This document shows, piece after piece, positions 23,621 to 37,793 of a DNA stretch of 64,000 bases. The position numbers and the translations under genes were made by a program. How positions within the stretch are numbered: the stretch's first letter is position 1; each line of letters opens with the position of its first letter. The stretch covers positions 72,292,001 through 72,356,000 of the forward strand of contig OX597820.1 in assembly GCA_951406725.2 (NCBI GenBank). Reading direction: 5' to 3'. This stretch comes from Octopus vulgaris (taxonomy: Eukaryota). The notes below the pieces were generated by a model, which had not been told where the DNA came from, made no database searches, and saw only the letters and a program-made list of their open reading frames with translations.

Positions 23621-25323
23621 TGATGACCACTATAATAAATACATTTGGAATGATTGTTATTGCATTTAAAAGAAGCACCATTTGTGTGTGAGTATAAGTA
23701 TGTGTGTGTGTGTGTATATATGATTTAAACTACAGTGTCTAAGAGGTTAAGGCAATGGTCCTGAGTTCAATCAAGGACTGGTAATATTGATTTAATTTTT
23801 GTCTTTTTAATTTCATATTGTTGAAATGGAGTTCATATTTGGTTGTTTTTCTCTCTCCATTTTTTTCTTTTTTGGTACTTTACTAATCAGTGGAAGAGTG
23901 GCAGTAACTCTAACTTATAAAAGTCCTGCAGAATGAAATTATTGGGAAGAAAAATCTTAAATTGAAATATGAATTCAAATCAGCAGTTTATTATTTGTTT
24001 TTAAGTGAAAAAATTTTATTTTCACTTCTTTTTTTTTCTTATTGGATTTTGGTTTGAGTTGAATTTCAATTTCCTTTTTTGAAAAATTCTTGATTCACTG
24101 TCACCATCTCACTAATTTTGGTTTCAGGCGATACTTTGGTATTCATCAAATTGAAATTTCAAACTGAGAGAGAGAGAGGGAAGGAGAGAGAGGGAGAGAG
24201 GGGGAGGGAGAGAGGGAAAGATATCAAGCCCAAATTCTTATCTCTGGTTCAAATTTCACTAATTTCAAAATATTTTCTCTTAAAGTATGTAACTTTACAG
24301 GCTTCAATTTATTTGATTGCAAACAAGCTTCACTATTCTTCATTCTTGTTTTGTGATAGGAATGAAATCCATCTCTTAATATTCCATCAATATTTAAAGA
24401 TTTGCAAAGGATATCAAATCTATGCCAGCATGATACAATTGATATGAAACAATAGAAAATAATCTATTGTACTATATCAATATCTACTGTATTATCTTCT
24501 GTACTGTGGAATCGATTGCATATCCTTCTCACTCCAAAATATTTGCTATCTCTCAGTTTTCTATGCTCTATCAAAAGACTTACCAAACAATGGCAGTAAA
24601 ATATACATGGAGTGGCTGTACCAAAATGTTGACTATGGCAAATATTAACTTTATAGTTTATCCTTAAACACCTTTTGTATATAATTGACAAAAGTACATG
24701 TGAGGGTCATGCATGATACTGTAATTAAAATAATACAAGGTTAATAACATTGGTATCAAAGTTCCATCTCTTTTTTTTGTGTGTGTGTTTTGGTACATTA
24801 TTTTGTCATTTTGTTATTTTGTATCCTGCTTCCTACTCAATTCTTCAGGTTTTCCTACAATGAAAAATCTTCAATTATCTATTTTCATTGGTGCAGATCA
24901 TTTATTTATTTAAAAAAGAATACATTGCAATGGTTAAATGCTTCTGTTATATTGGAAATGGCAGCTCTGGTTCCAGATACCATTGTGGGTTTCAGGTATT
25001 ATTTTCCAATTTCACACACATATCTGTGTGGGAAATTGGTAGATGGAAACAATAGTTGTGTAACGATATATTGTGTGTATCTTAGTTCAAATTGCACCGA
25101 GGTTGACTTTGCCTTTCATCCGTTTGGGGTGGATAAATTAAGAACCAGTTGTGTACTGGAATCAATCTAATAGACTGCCTCCCACCCCCGCCAAATTACG
25201 GGCTTTGTGCCTAGAGTGGAAAAAGATATATTGTGTGTATGTATGTATATGTATATATGTGTGTGTATATATATGTGTGTGTGTGTATATATATATATGT
25301 GTGTATGTATATATATGTATGTA

Positions 25324-25356
<33 letters not shown>

Positions 25357-25361
25357 ATGTA

Positions 25362-25400
<39 letters not shown>

Positions 25401-26071
25401 TTTCTTTTTTTACTTGTGTTATTCATTAGCCTGTGGCCATGCTGGGGCACCATCTTGAGGGACATTTTAGTTGAATAAATTGACCCCAGTACTTATTATT
25501 ATTATTAATAATAGTTGTAGTATTATTATTTGCCTGGTACTTATTCTATCAGACTTTTTTGCAGAACTGTTAAGTGATAGGGATATAAACACGAGTACCA
25601 GTTGTCAAATGGTTGGGGGTGGGACAAACACACATAAACACACACACACACGCATGCACACGCACACATTTATATATATATGATGGGCTTCTTTCAGTTT
25701 CCGTCTACTAAATCCAGTTGTCAAATGGTTGAGGATGAAACACACACACACATCTATATCTAAGATTAGCTTCATTCAGTTTCCGTCTGCCAAATCCACT
25801 CACAAGGCTTTGGCAGGCCTAAGGTTATAGTAGATGACATTTGTCCAAGGTGTTTGTGTTTGTCCCTCATCACCACTTGACACCAATGTTGGTTTTTTTA
25901 CATCATAGATTCTCAAAGTGGGTGCTACTGCCCCCTGGTGAGTGCTGGGAGGGTCCAGGTGAACACTGGTGTCAATGGGGGCTGTAGAAAAACAGGAGGC
26001 ATTGGGAGATAGGAAGTGGATTGGGGGACGCTATGAATTTATAATATCATCATAGTATTGTATACAAATTA

Positions 26072-26497
26072 TAGGACTGGCTGTGTGGTAAGTAACTTGC
26101 TTACCAGCCACATGGTTCCAGGTTCAGTCCCACTGCGTGGTGCCTTGGGCAAGTGTCTTCTACTATAGCCTTGGGCCGACCAAAGCCTTGTGAGTGGATT
26201 TGGTAGACGGAAACTGAAAGAATCCCGTATATATGTATATGTGTGTGTGTGTGTGCGTGTGTGTGTGTGTGTGTGTATGTGTGTGTGTATATGATTGTGT
26301 GTCTGTGTTTTTCCCTCCAACATCACTTGACAACCAATGCTGGTGCGTTTACATATCCGTAACTTAGCAGTTCAGCAAAAGAGACCAATAGAATAAGTAG
26401 TAGGCTTACAAAGAATAAGTCCTGGGGTCGATTTGCTTGACTAAAGGCGGTGCTCCAGTATGGCCACAGTCAAATGACAGAAATAAGTAAAAGAGTT
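26072..26497 (+). mobile_element. SINE family A
   Basis: Colinear with 16151-16607; B-box-like GGTTCAGTCC. Confidence 0.9.
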
Positions 26498-27919
26498 AAA
26501 AAAAAAAAAAAAGAAAGGTAGTGCTCCAGCATTGCCACAAGTAATGGCTGAAACAAGCAAGAGATAAAATGATTCTGCTGCAATGGAAAACTTCAATTAT
26601 CTGTTTCCATTGACGCAGATCATTTATTTATTTAAAAAAATAATACACTGCATAGTTAGATACTTCTGTTATATTGGAAATGGCAGTTCTGGTGCCAGAT
26701 ATCATAATCGGTAAAGTATTATTATAAAACATGCTCAAAATAATTGAAACAAACTTATAAAGTTCCACCTAAAGAGTAATCCAATGAAACAGAAAAGTAC
26801 ACAAGTTCTGTACTCTAATTCACAGATTCAGATTCAACTAAAGGAATCATAGTATGGCATTAAATAAGCGAACCCCTATGTGGTTGCTTGATATACTAGT
26901 AGTAGCAGCTAAATCTTCCTCAAATTACAGCTTGCGATGGCTGATAGAATCAGTACCAGATTTATAAAAAGTAAAAACTGGGGTTGATTTCTTAAATGAA
27001 GCTCAAGACAGTGCCCCAGCAAGGCCACAGTGCAATGACTGAAATGATTGAAATGTGTAAAGATAAAAGATTAATAAAAACACAACCTTAAAAAAAATGG
27101 AAAGATAATAAAGCCTATGATGTACAAAAGATGTGATGATCAAGGCTGGAATGGCTTTGATTACAGCTCTACTGGCCCTGGGTTATACATTGCTTTGAGT
27201 AATGATCATAATTTTTTTATAGATTTGAGGCTTTTAAGAAATAAGAAAAAAAGGGACCAAATATCAATTTAAAATGAAGTGGCTGGTATTATAAAAAAGA
27301 TTTGAAGCCACAAAAATCTACTCTAAGATAAAATTTGATTTTCAAAGAGAGAAGTGGAGTGAGGAGAAGAGAGACAAAGAGAGAGAAAGAGGGTGTGTGT
27401 GTGTATATTTCATGCTTCTGTGTGAGTGTGTGTATTTGTTTACTCAACAATTACTGTGATTTGTTTAAATCATCCCAAAACTTAGTGGTTCAACAAATAG
27501 TGTTGAGAAAATTAAGTACCTGACTTAAAGTCCAGACCCAAATATATTTACTAAAAGCAAAGGTGATTAGTTGGGATTTTTGTTAGGAAAAACTGAAAAA
27601 ATATGGAATAATTTACTCTGAAAACCTTCATTGCTTTTCACTAAAAGTTAGCTGAATGTCATAGTTCAGTTTGGTAAAAGATTGTAGTGCACTCTTCTAA
27701 TGTAGTTGGCTGAGGAGGTCTAATAAGACTGAAACATATCTAGACTTGTCCTTGATATTACCAAAGATCATAACCACTCCTCCACTGCATGCTCCTTTCC
27801 CATACATTTTAAAATAAATTTGGGTTTCAGAGTTTGTCTCTCTTGTCTATTTTTTGTCTTTAGGTGAGAATTAGCATTAATACTAATCATTTCCTTTTTA
27901 TCTTTTCATTATGGGTATA

Positions 27920-28327
27920 CTCTCTTTACTCTTTTACTTGTTTCAGTCATTTGACTATGGCCATGCTGGAGCACCGCCTTTAGTCAAGCAAATCGACCCC
28001 AGGACTTATTCTTTGTAAGCCTAGTACTTATTTTATCGGTCTCTTTTGCTGAACCGCTAAGTTACGGGGATGTAAACACACCAGCATCGGTTGTCAAGCG
28101 ATGTTGGGGGGACAAACACAGACACACAAACATATGCACACACACATACATATATACATACATACAATGGGATTCTTTCAGTTTCTGTCTACCAAATCCA
28201 CTCACAAGGCTTTGGTCGGCCCGAGGCTATAGTAGAAGACACTAGCCCAAGGTGCCATGCAGTGGGACTGAACCCGGAACCATGTGGTTCATAAGCAAGC
28301 TACTTATCACACAGCCACTGCTACGCC
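27920..28327 (-). mobile_element. SINE family A
   Basis: Reverse complement of 16151-16607. Confidence 0.9.
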
Positions 28328-28645
28328 TTTGATTGATTAAAAAGTTATTTTTGGGTCACTTCATTAAGCAGGAAACCTAAGGGAAGACCATTAGCAAAAT
28401 GGTTGGTTAAAATTTCAAATCTCAGTTAGTCATGCTTGAGAGAATCTAGCTGGAAAGTGTATCGATGGTTGCTTCTTGATGGTTGTATAGGACCCTATTG
28501 AGGAGGTACTTGAAGACTCTACCTTCACAACTATCCCAGGAATAGTTAGCCAGCAAAAGAAGGTGGATAGATGGATAAATGGTTACATTAACTGTGTCAA
28601 CCCCCACCCAACTACATGTTTATAGCAGCATAATGATCATCAGAT

Positions 28646-28968
28646 GTGAAGGTGCATGGCTCAGTGGTTAGAGTATAAGACTCACAATCATGAGGTAGTG
28701 AGTTCGATTCCTGGACTGTGATATGTGTTGTGTTCTTGAGCAAAACACTTTATTTCATGTTGCTCCAGTTCACGCATCTGTAGAAATGAGCCACGATGTC
28801 ACTGGTGCCAAGCTGTATCGGTCCCTTCACCTTTCCCTTGAATAACATCGATGGTTTGGAGAGGGGGAGGCTGGTATGCATGGTCGACTTCTGGCCTTCC
28901 ATAAACAACCTTGCCCGGACTTGTGTCTCAGAGGGTAACTTTAGATGCAATACCACAGTCATTCATGA
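28646..28968 (+). mobile_element. SINE family B
   Basis: TGGCTCAGTGG and GTTCGATTCC boxes; matches 7219-7530. Confidence 0.88.
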
Positions 28969-30158
28969 CCTTTACCCAAACCATGATATATTTTTATCCA
29001 GTATCATAGTAATCCTACTTTGCCGTAATGCTCCATTTGTATCTGTCTTTTACAAGAAAATAATTATATTTATCAAACAAATGAAATTCTTTGGTACTAG
29101 TTTACTTGATTTCCACAGTAAGCTCCCTACCTCCACTTGTCCAAGTTATTCATTTCTGTTTCTGTTCTATCCAAGCAGTTCATTTATATATCAAATAAAA
29201 TGACCTCAAGAATTACATTAGCTGTTCAGTAATTCAATATAGCTCTGTATATATTTCTATCAATATTTGATTCTGTTTGGAAACAATCTTTTATGGATGC
29301 AGCTGTATTCTGATTGGAAAAATATTGAAATAAATTTCAGCATAATTATACAGTCTTCAACTTCTTGAAAGCATTTATCTGCAGAATAGTTGGTGCAATA
29401 AATCTGCAGCATGTTAGCAGGAATATTTTAAATATTAATACATATTTATCATCATTTTAAAGTCATATTTCTATTGCTACTACTTGTATTCATAACTGAG
29501 AATCACTCTTACCGAATTAAACTATATATATTTAAATCACATTTTAGGCTGCAACCACCACCATCGCCTCAACATAAATAAATGTCAAGTGAAATTAATG
29601 TTGGTATTCTAGTAGAAAAGATGACAAACTCAGAAATGCAGACTATGAGAAGTTTTTATTATGATCCAAGCAGAAGGTATATTTATAAGTAGATAATATC
29701 TGCTTGAAATCCAAATAATGACTTTTCACATTGGAACTCTACCACCATTAGAATCATAGTGAAAGCATTCTTATCCTGCATCTCAGTACTAAAGCTTAGA
29801 GCAAGATCTTATCACATTGAGTGCATATCTGGGAATGGAAGTTCTTAAATTTGTTTGAGATAAATACTTACTTTAAATCACTTATTTAGCAATATTTCAA
29901 CTTGGAGAATTTCAGTGTCTTTTATTCTTTATTCTTGTACTAGTTTCACTTTGCTAGACTGTGGCCATGCTGGAGCTCTGATTCCAAGAATTTAGTCAAT
30001 CACATTGACCTCGGTACCTATTTTTTAAGTCAGTGTAGTACTTAATTTATTAAATTCTATTTGTTGAACTGCTAAGTTATAGAACACAGACAAATTGCAC
30101 CCCTTGTTAAGCAGAGTAAACCTAAACATACATACATACACATGTATATTCATACACA

Positions 30159-30192
<34 letters not shown>

Positions 30193-30456
30193 TGCTTTAA
30201 CATTCACTTTTCCATGCTCGCATGAGTTAGTGAGTTAGAAGGAGTTTATTCAGGCAGATTTTCTATGCTGGGTGCCTCTCCTATCACCGACACCCACCCC
30301 TGTTTCTAAACAAGGTAATACTTCCTCATGATTAAACACATTGTCAAAGAACATTGCAAATTAATGACACTGCCTGCATGACAGTGATACTTGTTTACAG
30401 CTGTCATGTGATGTTAAAACAAAGAGAAACAAACTTACACACACACATATACATAC

Positions 30457-30511
<55 letters not shown>

Positions 30512-30512
30512 C

Positions 30513-30553
<41 letters not shown>

Positions 30554-30696
30554 GAAACACTGCCAAATCTGACTGGGCCTGATGAAGCCTTCCGGCTTCA
30601 CAGACCCCAGTTAAACCGTCCAACCCATGCTAGCATGGAAAACGGATGCTAAATGATGATGATGATGATGATGATATATATATATATATATATATA

Positions 30697-31100
30697 TCAT
30701 CATTATCATTTAACATCCGCTTTCCATGCTACCATGGGCTGGATGATTTAACTAAGGTCTGGTGAACCAGATGGCTGCACCGGGCTCCAATATGATCTGG
30801 CAGAGTTTCAACAGCTGGATGCTTTTCCTAACGCCAACCACTCCGAGAGTGTAGTGGGTGCTTTTTACATGCCACCGGCACAGGAGCCAAGGAGGCTGGC
30901 AACATCCACAATCAGTTGGTGCTTTTTATGTGCCATTGGCACAGACACCAGTCAAGGCAGCACTGGCATAGGCCACGTTCAGATGGTATTTTTTTACGTG
31001 CCACAGGCACAGGTATCACATCTACAATTTCCATTTGATTTTTATTTTGATGTTGATGTACTTCACTCAATAGGTTTCCTCAAGCACAGCAGATGGTCTC
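30697..31100 (-). mobile_element. RTE 3' UTR fragment
   Basis: (CAT)n tail and conserved GCTGGATGC...CCTAACGCCAACCACTCC. Confidence 0.8.
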
Positions 31101-31264
31101 CTCAATATGTATATATATATATTTATGTATATACACACACATATACACACGTGTTAAGAGGATTCTATGAATTCAAATACTGTATTACAAATTAAATGTA
31201 TAATGTGTATGTATATATAAATGTGTTTGTGTGTGTGTGTGTGTGTGTATGCATGTATATATAT

Positions 31265-31475
31265 ACTTTATTAAAAAAGCAGCAAAAATATCACAAAAAC
31301 TTTTACTCAGAGTTTAGATTCTAAACAAAACTGTCCGACGAACGGGAAGAAGAAACTCTGAGTAACAGTTTTTGTGAGATTTTGATGCTTTTTAATAAAG
31401 TATATTACTCTACCTCTGGTATTTGAGTACTATTTTTTTCCACCTTGTTTTGCATTTATGGGCTTACTCTGGTAT
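31265..31475 (+). mobile_element. Penelope-like terminal remnant with inverted arms and hammerhead motif
   Basis: 31265-31315 is inverted at 31352-31402; AAAACTGT-CCGACGA-...-GAAACTCTGAGTA-ACAGTTTT. Confidence 0.7.
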
Positions 31476-31527
31476 ATATCATCATCATCGTTTAACGTCC
31501 GCTTTCCATGCTAGCATGGGTTGGACA

Positions 31528-31594
<67 letters not shown>

Positions 31595-31596
<2 letters not shown>

Positions 31597-31885
31597 GGGG
31601 TTGGACAAAATAATGGAAACACCTTAAAATTTTAAACAAATCTATTTTAATATGGGAGGGGATCGCCTTTGGCAGTAATTACAGCTTGAATTCTATGAGA
31701 TATGGACTTGTACAAAGTTTGAATAGTTTCCAAAGGGATTTTTGTCCATTCTTCAGCGAAAACAATCTCCAGTTCTTGTAGTGATGATGGTGGAGGATAT
31801 CGACTCATAACTTGTTTCTAAAATGCACCATAAATGTTCTATAATATTGAGATCTGGGGACTGTGGTGGCCAGATATGATAAGTG
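31595..31885 (-). mobile_element. Tc1 (DD34E-type) 3' fragment
   Basis: WPPQSPDLNIIEHLW; TIR-like TA-CAGGGGTTGGACAAAATAATGGAAACAC. Confidence 0.85.
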
Positions 31886-32180
31886 TTTTTGTGAACAACA
31901 ATACAAATGCTGGTGGCACGTAAAAAGTACCAACGGATTGTAGCTGTTGCCAGCCACCCCTGGCACCTATGCCAGTGGCATGTAAAAAGCACCCACTACA
32001 CTCATGGATCGGTTGGCATTAGGAAGGACATCCAGCTGTAGAAACACTGCCAGATCAGACTGAAGCCTGGTGCAGCCTCAGATCCCGGTCGAACCATCCA
32101 ATCCATGCTAGCATGGAAAACGGACGTTAAACGATGATGATGATGATGATGATATATATATACAAATATATAAATATGTG

Positions 32181-32219
<39 letters not shown>

Positions 32220-32265
32220 TATATACATATGTATATACATATATATAAATATGTTTATATGTATG

Positions 32266-32307
<42 letters not shown>

Positions 32308-32408
32308 TATTTATGTTTGACGGGCTTCTTAAAATTACATATTACATTTTCTTTTATTCTTTTACAGATATGTAGATATATTTATATATACATATGCTGG
32401 AGCTCATG

Positions 32409-32439
<31 letters not shown>

Positions 32440-33836
32440 GATGGGCTTCTTACAGTTTCTGTCCACTAAATCTACTCACAACGTTTTGGTCAGTTCAAAG
32501 CAGGTGCAAAGCAGCAGGATTAAATCTAAAGCCATTTGGTTGGAAAGCAAGCTTCTTAATCACACAACCACATTTTGTGCCTATATATATATATATATAC
32601 ACACACACACAAGCACAAATACACACACACACACAAGCACAAATGCACACACACACACACACACAATGATATGCATGTATGTAATTTAAGAAATTCTTTA
32701 TGCAATTCAAGTTGTGCTAATGGCGAAAACAACAAAACCCACAAAAAATATATAAATACTAAAGGGAAAACAAAAGCCATAGAAAAAGCTGACAGACAAC
32801 AATGTAAGGTGAAATTGTAGACTTTAATTTAGTTCAACATGTAGTCTTAATGTTAAATATCATGGCTCGTGACAAATTTTCAAAGACATAGTTACCAAAA
32901 TCACATTTGTGCAGAAGAAAACAATTAGAGCATTTACATATTCTTTAGCTTCAAGCTGTTGGACTACTTTATCGATATAAACTTCAGTTTTCTGTCGCAT
33001 AATTCTTATCAAATGCAGCAACTTAAAATATTTTATACTCCCTTTCTGTTAAACAGACAGATTCACCATGAAGATTCTTATGACGTTGAAATAAAAATGA
33101 GAAAAAAAAATTAAATTAAAAGACAACAAAATATGGTATTCGCGGTAGTGGTGATGGTGGTTTTTGTTGTAGTGGTGGTGGTGGTGGTGATGGTGGTAGT
33201 GGTGAAGCCATACATAAGGTGGAATATAATTTATATATTAAATGATACCGAATCAATGATAAAAGCACAAAAATCTGAAAGAAGAAATAGATTTAAGTAA
33301 AATGCCAGGTGGACAGATAATGAAACATTAATACATTTCGTATTATTTTGCAACATGAAGTAAAGAAAAAAACGAAAAATAAAAAAAATAATGCCAGTTC
33401 TATGAGAAATGTATTTTCTTTGGTAGGAAATTATATGCTGAGATTCTGAGAGTATAAAGTCTGTGAAAACAGGAACAGAAATAGTGATGCAAAAATCAAA
33501 TGGAAATAGGAAGAGGAAATTCAGTAGTAAACAGAATTCTTAGCTTGTAGATCATGTGTTGGCATTTTATTCTTATGTTTATTTTGTATTTTCGTTTGTT
33601 TATTTGTTGGTGGTTTTTGTTGTTTTTTTTTTTTGGTCACATCTCTGCTAGTCTGTGTGTTGTGTCTTCACTTTGGTACATCTCTATTTATAACTGCATA
33701 ATACAAATATTTACACTCTAAAAGAGCAAGATAATATAATGAGATGAATTGAGTAAAGTAAACCTCCTCCTCCACCTACCCCTCCTACCACTACTTCTTC
33801 TTTTTGTAAGTCAGACTTTTACGGTTGACAGAAAGA

Positions 33837-33838
<2 letters not shown>

Positions 33839-33893
<55 letters not shown>

Positions 33894-33927
33894 TATATGT
33901 ATGTATGTATATATATGTATATATATG

Positions 33928-33959
<32 letters not shown>

Positions 33960-34180
33960 TACATATATATATACACACATATATATGCATACACACACAC
34001 ATGCATAAATATATACATGCATACGCATACACATATACACACATATATGTACATACATACATATGTATATCTATGCATATCTATACACATACATATATGT
34101 GTGTTTGTGTGTGTGTGTGTGTAAGTATGTATTTATACATGTTCATGTACATATGTATCTATGTGCATATATATATATAC

Positions 34181-34212
<32 letters not shown>

Positions 34213-34250
34213 ATGTATGTATGTATATATAAACACACACACACATATAT
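33839..34250. repeat. Compound (TA)/(CA)/(TG) microsatellite field
   Basis: Direct reading; similar fields at 19570-19712, 25230-25398, 32153-32438 and 38980-39265. Confidence 0.9.
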
Positions 34251-35202
34251 AAGACAGGTGCAGAATTAAACAGTGATTTATTATCCACAGTATGACAACG
34301 AGTCAGATAGATACATTGTACCTACACTGAATTTATTTCTTTTTAATTTATATTTTAAGTCTTACTTCATTAAACTTACACTGACGGATGAAAGATTTCT
34401 GCAGACTTTCTGACACGTCTTTGTTTACCTATGTAAGAATACTTCTAAATAAAGCAGAAAACAAACCTACAACTTATAATTGGCTAGTTGCCTACGACAG
34501 ATGGATATTTTAGATACACATTTCATTAATGTAGTTGTAGACCACATGACTTACTCCTAAAATGTTCATTCTTCTTCAATCCCAAAACTCATCATTCATT
34601 CTTGTGACATCTATAGAGAAATAAGACTCAGTAATAAACATCAATATTAAAGCTAAACCAGTAAACTATTTCATTTTCTATGTAACATTGTGTATGCAAT
34701 AATCATTTCAGGATCATTCACAAATAAATTTTACTAGTAAGTAGTAAGACAGTACAATTTTAGAGTTAATGGATTTTGATTTAGTCCTGAAACCAAAGTC
34801 CTTTTAAGAAACACAATGTAACAGCAGGCATTTTATACCATTTCCAAGAAACTCTTATGGATTTTAATAGATATTATAATGGAGCCCCATTAAGAATAAA
34901 CGGATAATGCTTTACTGGCTATTGTTTCTTTCAGCTGAACGTTTATGTACACGAATCTCTTTCATGTATTGTGGCCGACATTGTTGTTGTTGTTGATGTT
35001 GTTGTTGCTGCTGCTGCTGCTGTTGTTGTTGCTGTTGTTTAAATGTAGGTCAGCCCTGGTCAAGCAGACCTTTGATCAAAGATATTCTTAGCTCTTACCA
35101 ATTCCTCTTTTCTGATATAATTGATATATCTTTTGTCATTTACTTGTTTCAGTCACTGGACAGTGGCCATGCTGGGGCACCACCTTGAAGGGTTTTACTT
35201 AA

Positions 35203-35422
35203 CCCTTTTGTTACTGTATTTATTTTGAGATGCTCTGTGTTTCTTTCAATTACTTTAAATATAAGAAAGAATTTAGTAAAATAACTTGGTTATCATTCAG
35301 CTAGTGTTAGGAACATAAATTGTGACTAAGGTTTGATGGAAGATTTTAATTCAGAACTTTTGAAAACAAAACATTTGTACACAGAGCCAGAGCTGGTTTC
35401 AGTTGGGTTGGTAACGAAAGGG
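35203..35422. mobile_element. piggyBac-type MITE inside a SINE
   Basis: TTAA|CCCTTTTGTTAC ... GTAACGAAAGGG|TTAA; decayed relatives near 48420-48612 and 55418-55670. Confidence 0.88.
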
Positions 35423-36279
35423 TTAAACAAATTCACTCAAGTACTTATTTTTAGGTCTGGCACTTATTTTATTGACCTCTTTTGACAAACTTCTAAATTA
35501 CTGAGATGTAAAGAAACACCAGGTGTGTGAGGAGTGACAAACACAAAGACACACACACACACATATACATATATGCTGGGCTTCTACACATTTTCTATCT
35601 ACCAAATTCATTTGCAAGGCATTGGCCAGTAGAAGACACTTGCTCAAGGTGCCACATAGTGGGACCAAACCCCAAACTATGTGGCTGTAAAGCAAGATCC
35701 GTAACTGTACAGCCGTGCCCCTCCATTCAGTTTTCATTTAATTTCAACTTAAGCAACCTCTCCTTTATCCTTCTGAAAATAATTATCGTTAATGATAATT
35801 GTTGCTCTTCTTATTACAGCTTTAATTTCAATAATTAAAACATTTTTTAGGTTCATCATATTAAGAATTCTTGCTTACTCTTAACTACAGCATGTTCTCA
35901 TGATTGTCACAGATATCTCAACTCCTCATATAAAACTGATTGATAAAGTGGCTGATATTGAAATATAATGAGATATGTTATCAATGATAACATACCCTCT
36001 CTAATAACCAGTATATGAGTACCTGTATTTTCTAACTCATATTTTTATACAAGTATATATGTGTGTGTGTGTTTACATATATACACACACACATACACAC
36101 ACATATATATAATATAATAGATACAAAAACTCATTTCTGTGTGTCAGTGTGTCACACTTTGACCCCCTCTATCGCTGGGGTGAGAGTAATAGTAGGCATA
36201 GAGACAGTGAGGGCGGTGGAGAAGGCAGAGAGAGAGAGAGAAAGTGAGAGAGAGAGAGTGGGTGGAAGTGAGAGTGCGA

Positions 36280-36319
<40 letters not shown>

Positions 36320-36714
36320 AAGAGGGAGATGATGTACAACTTTCTTGGACAGAAATTCCTGTGGTTAGTATACTGAACATTATCATATTTGTTTTATTTT
36401 TTGCCTTCTTTAATATATATATATATATATGAACATATATACATACACACACACACACACACATAAAATACACTGTAACCGAAATACAGTTTCCCCAAAA
36501 TTAAACATATCTCATATAATAAATGTGAATGTCAGTGTGTCACACTTCTTCAACTTTACTCCTAGAAGCCGTAGCCCAACATATCTTACCATTTTGGAAT
36601 CAACCTGACTCTGTGAATAAATGAAAAACATTCCAGGCTAAACCTCCAATCCTGAAATTTTGTATTCCTCTGTTTTCATTACTGCGATTGTTTACAGTGG
36701 TTTTTTTTTTACAT

Positions 36715-37203
36715 GAACATCAATGGAATTTGTATCTTTGTGGTACCAGTGCCGGTGGCACGTGGCACACAAGAAAACCATCCGAACATGGCCGTAGCCA
36801 GTACCGCATCGACTGGCCTCCGTGCTGTGGGCACGTAACAAACACCATCCGATCGTGGCCGTTTGCCAGCCTCATCTGGCACCTGTGTCGGTGGCACATA
36901 AAAACACCATCCGAGCGTGGCCGTCTGCCAGCCTTGTCTGGCACCTGTGTCGGTGGCACATAAAAAACACCATCCGAGCGTGGCCGTTTGCCAGCCTCGT
37001 CTGGCACCTGTGTCGGTGGCACATAAAATCACCCACTACACTCTCGGAGTGGTTGGCGTTAGGAAGGGCATCCAGCTGTAGAAACACTGCCAGATCTGAC
37101 TGGACTGGTGCAGCTTTCGGGCTCTCCAGACCCCAGTTGAACCGTCCAACCCATGCTAGCATGGAAAGCGGACGTTAAATGATGATGATGATGATGATGA
37201 TGA
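36715..37203 (+). mobile_element. RTE 3' UTR with three about 63-bp tandem units and (ATG)n tail
   Basis: AAACACCATCCGAGCGTGGCCGTTTGCCAGCCTCGTCTGGCACCTGTGTCGGTGGCACAT repeated three times (about 36840-37025). Confidence 0.88.
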
Positions 37204-37682
37204 CTTTTAGCGACGAATATGATCATCATTGGGATATGACTCCGAAGGATGAAATTGCAACGAATTCTCTAAAACAAGTCAGAGATAATATATAAATATA
37301 GAAAGATATGTATGTAGATATGTGTGTGTGTGTAATAATATTGTCTAAAGTCGTAAGACGCCCGCTGTTTTTGTCCTGCTTACCATTCTTGTTTTTTATT
37401 TCTATTTTTTGTTTCTTGTATTTATATTCGTGTGGCATCCTGTCTTTGTTTCGTATACATTTGATCCTCTTTCCAAGAAATCTAATGCCTGTGGCTTAGT
37501 TTTTGCTTGGGACTGGCCGGTTCAGAGTGATATCGAGATTAAACAGCCGAAATTGCTAAGATGATCCAGTTCCGACTGAAGATTAGAGGCTTCGAGTGAC
37601 CCGTCTGTTTTTTTTGTGTCGTCTCTTTGTGTGTTTTTGTGTTCTTGTCCCACTTTGTAATTTATATTTATATTTAATTTCT

Positions 37683-37793
<111 letters not shown>

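Noticed and set aside
32870-33046. Minus-strand reading frame MRQKTEVYIDKVVQQLEAKEY
   Set aside because: Short, weak splice signals, no recognisable homology.
36840-37025. CRISPR-like or regulatory-looking periodic repeat
   Set aside because: Head-to-tail units without unique spacers, part of the RTE 3' UTR; eukaryotic context with no cas genes.
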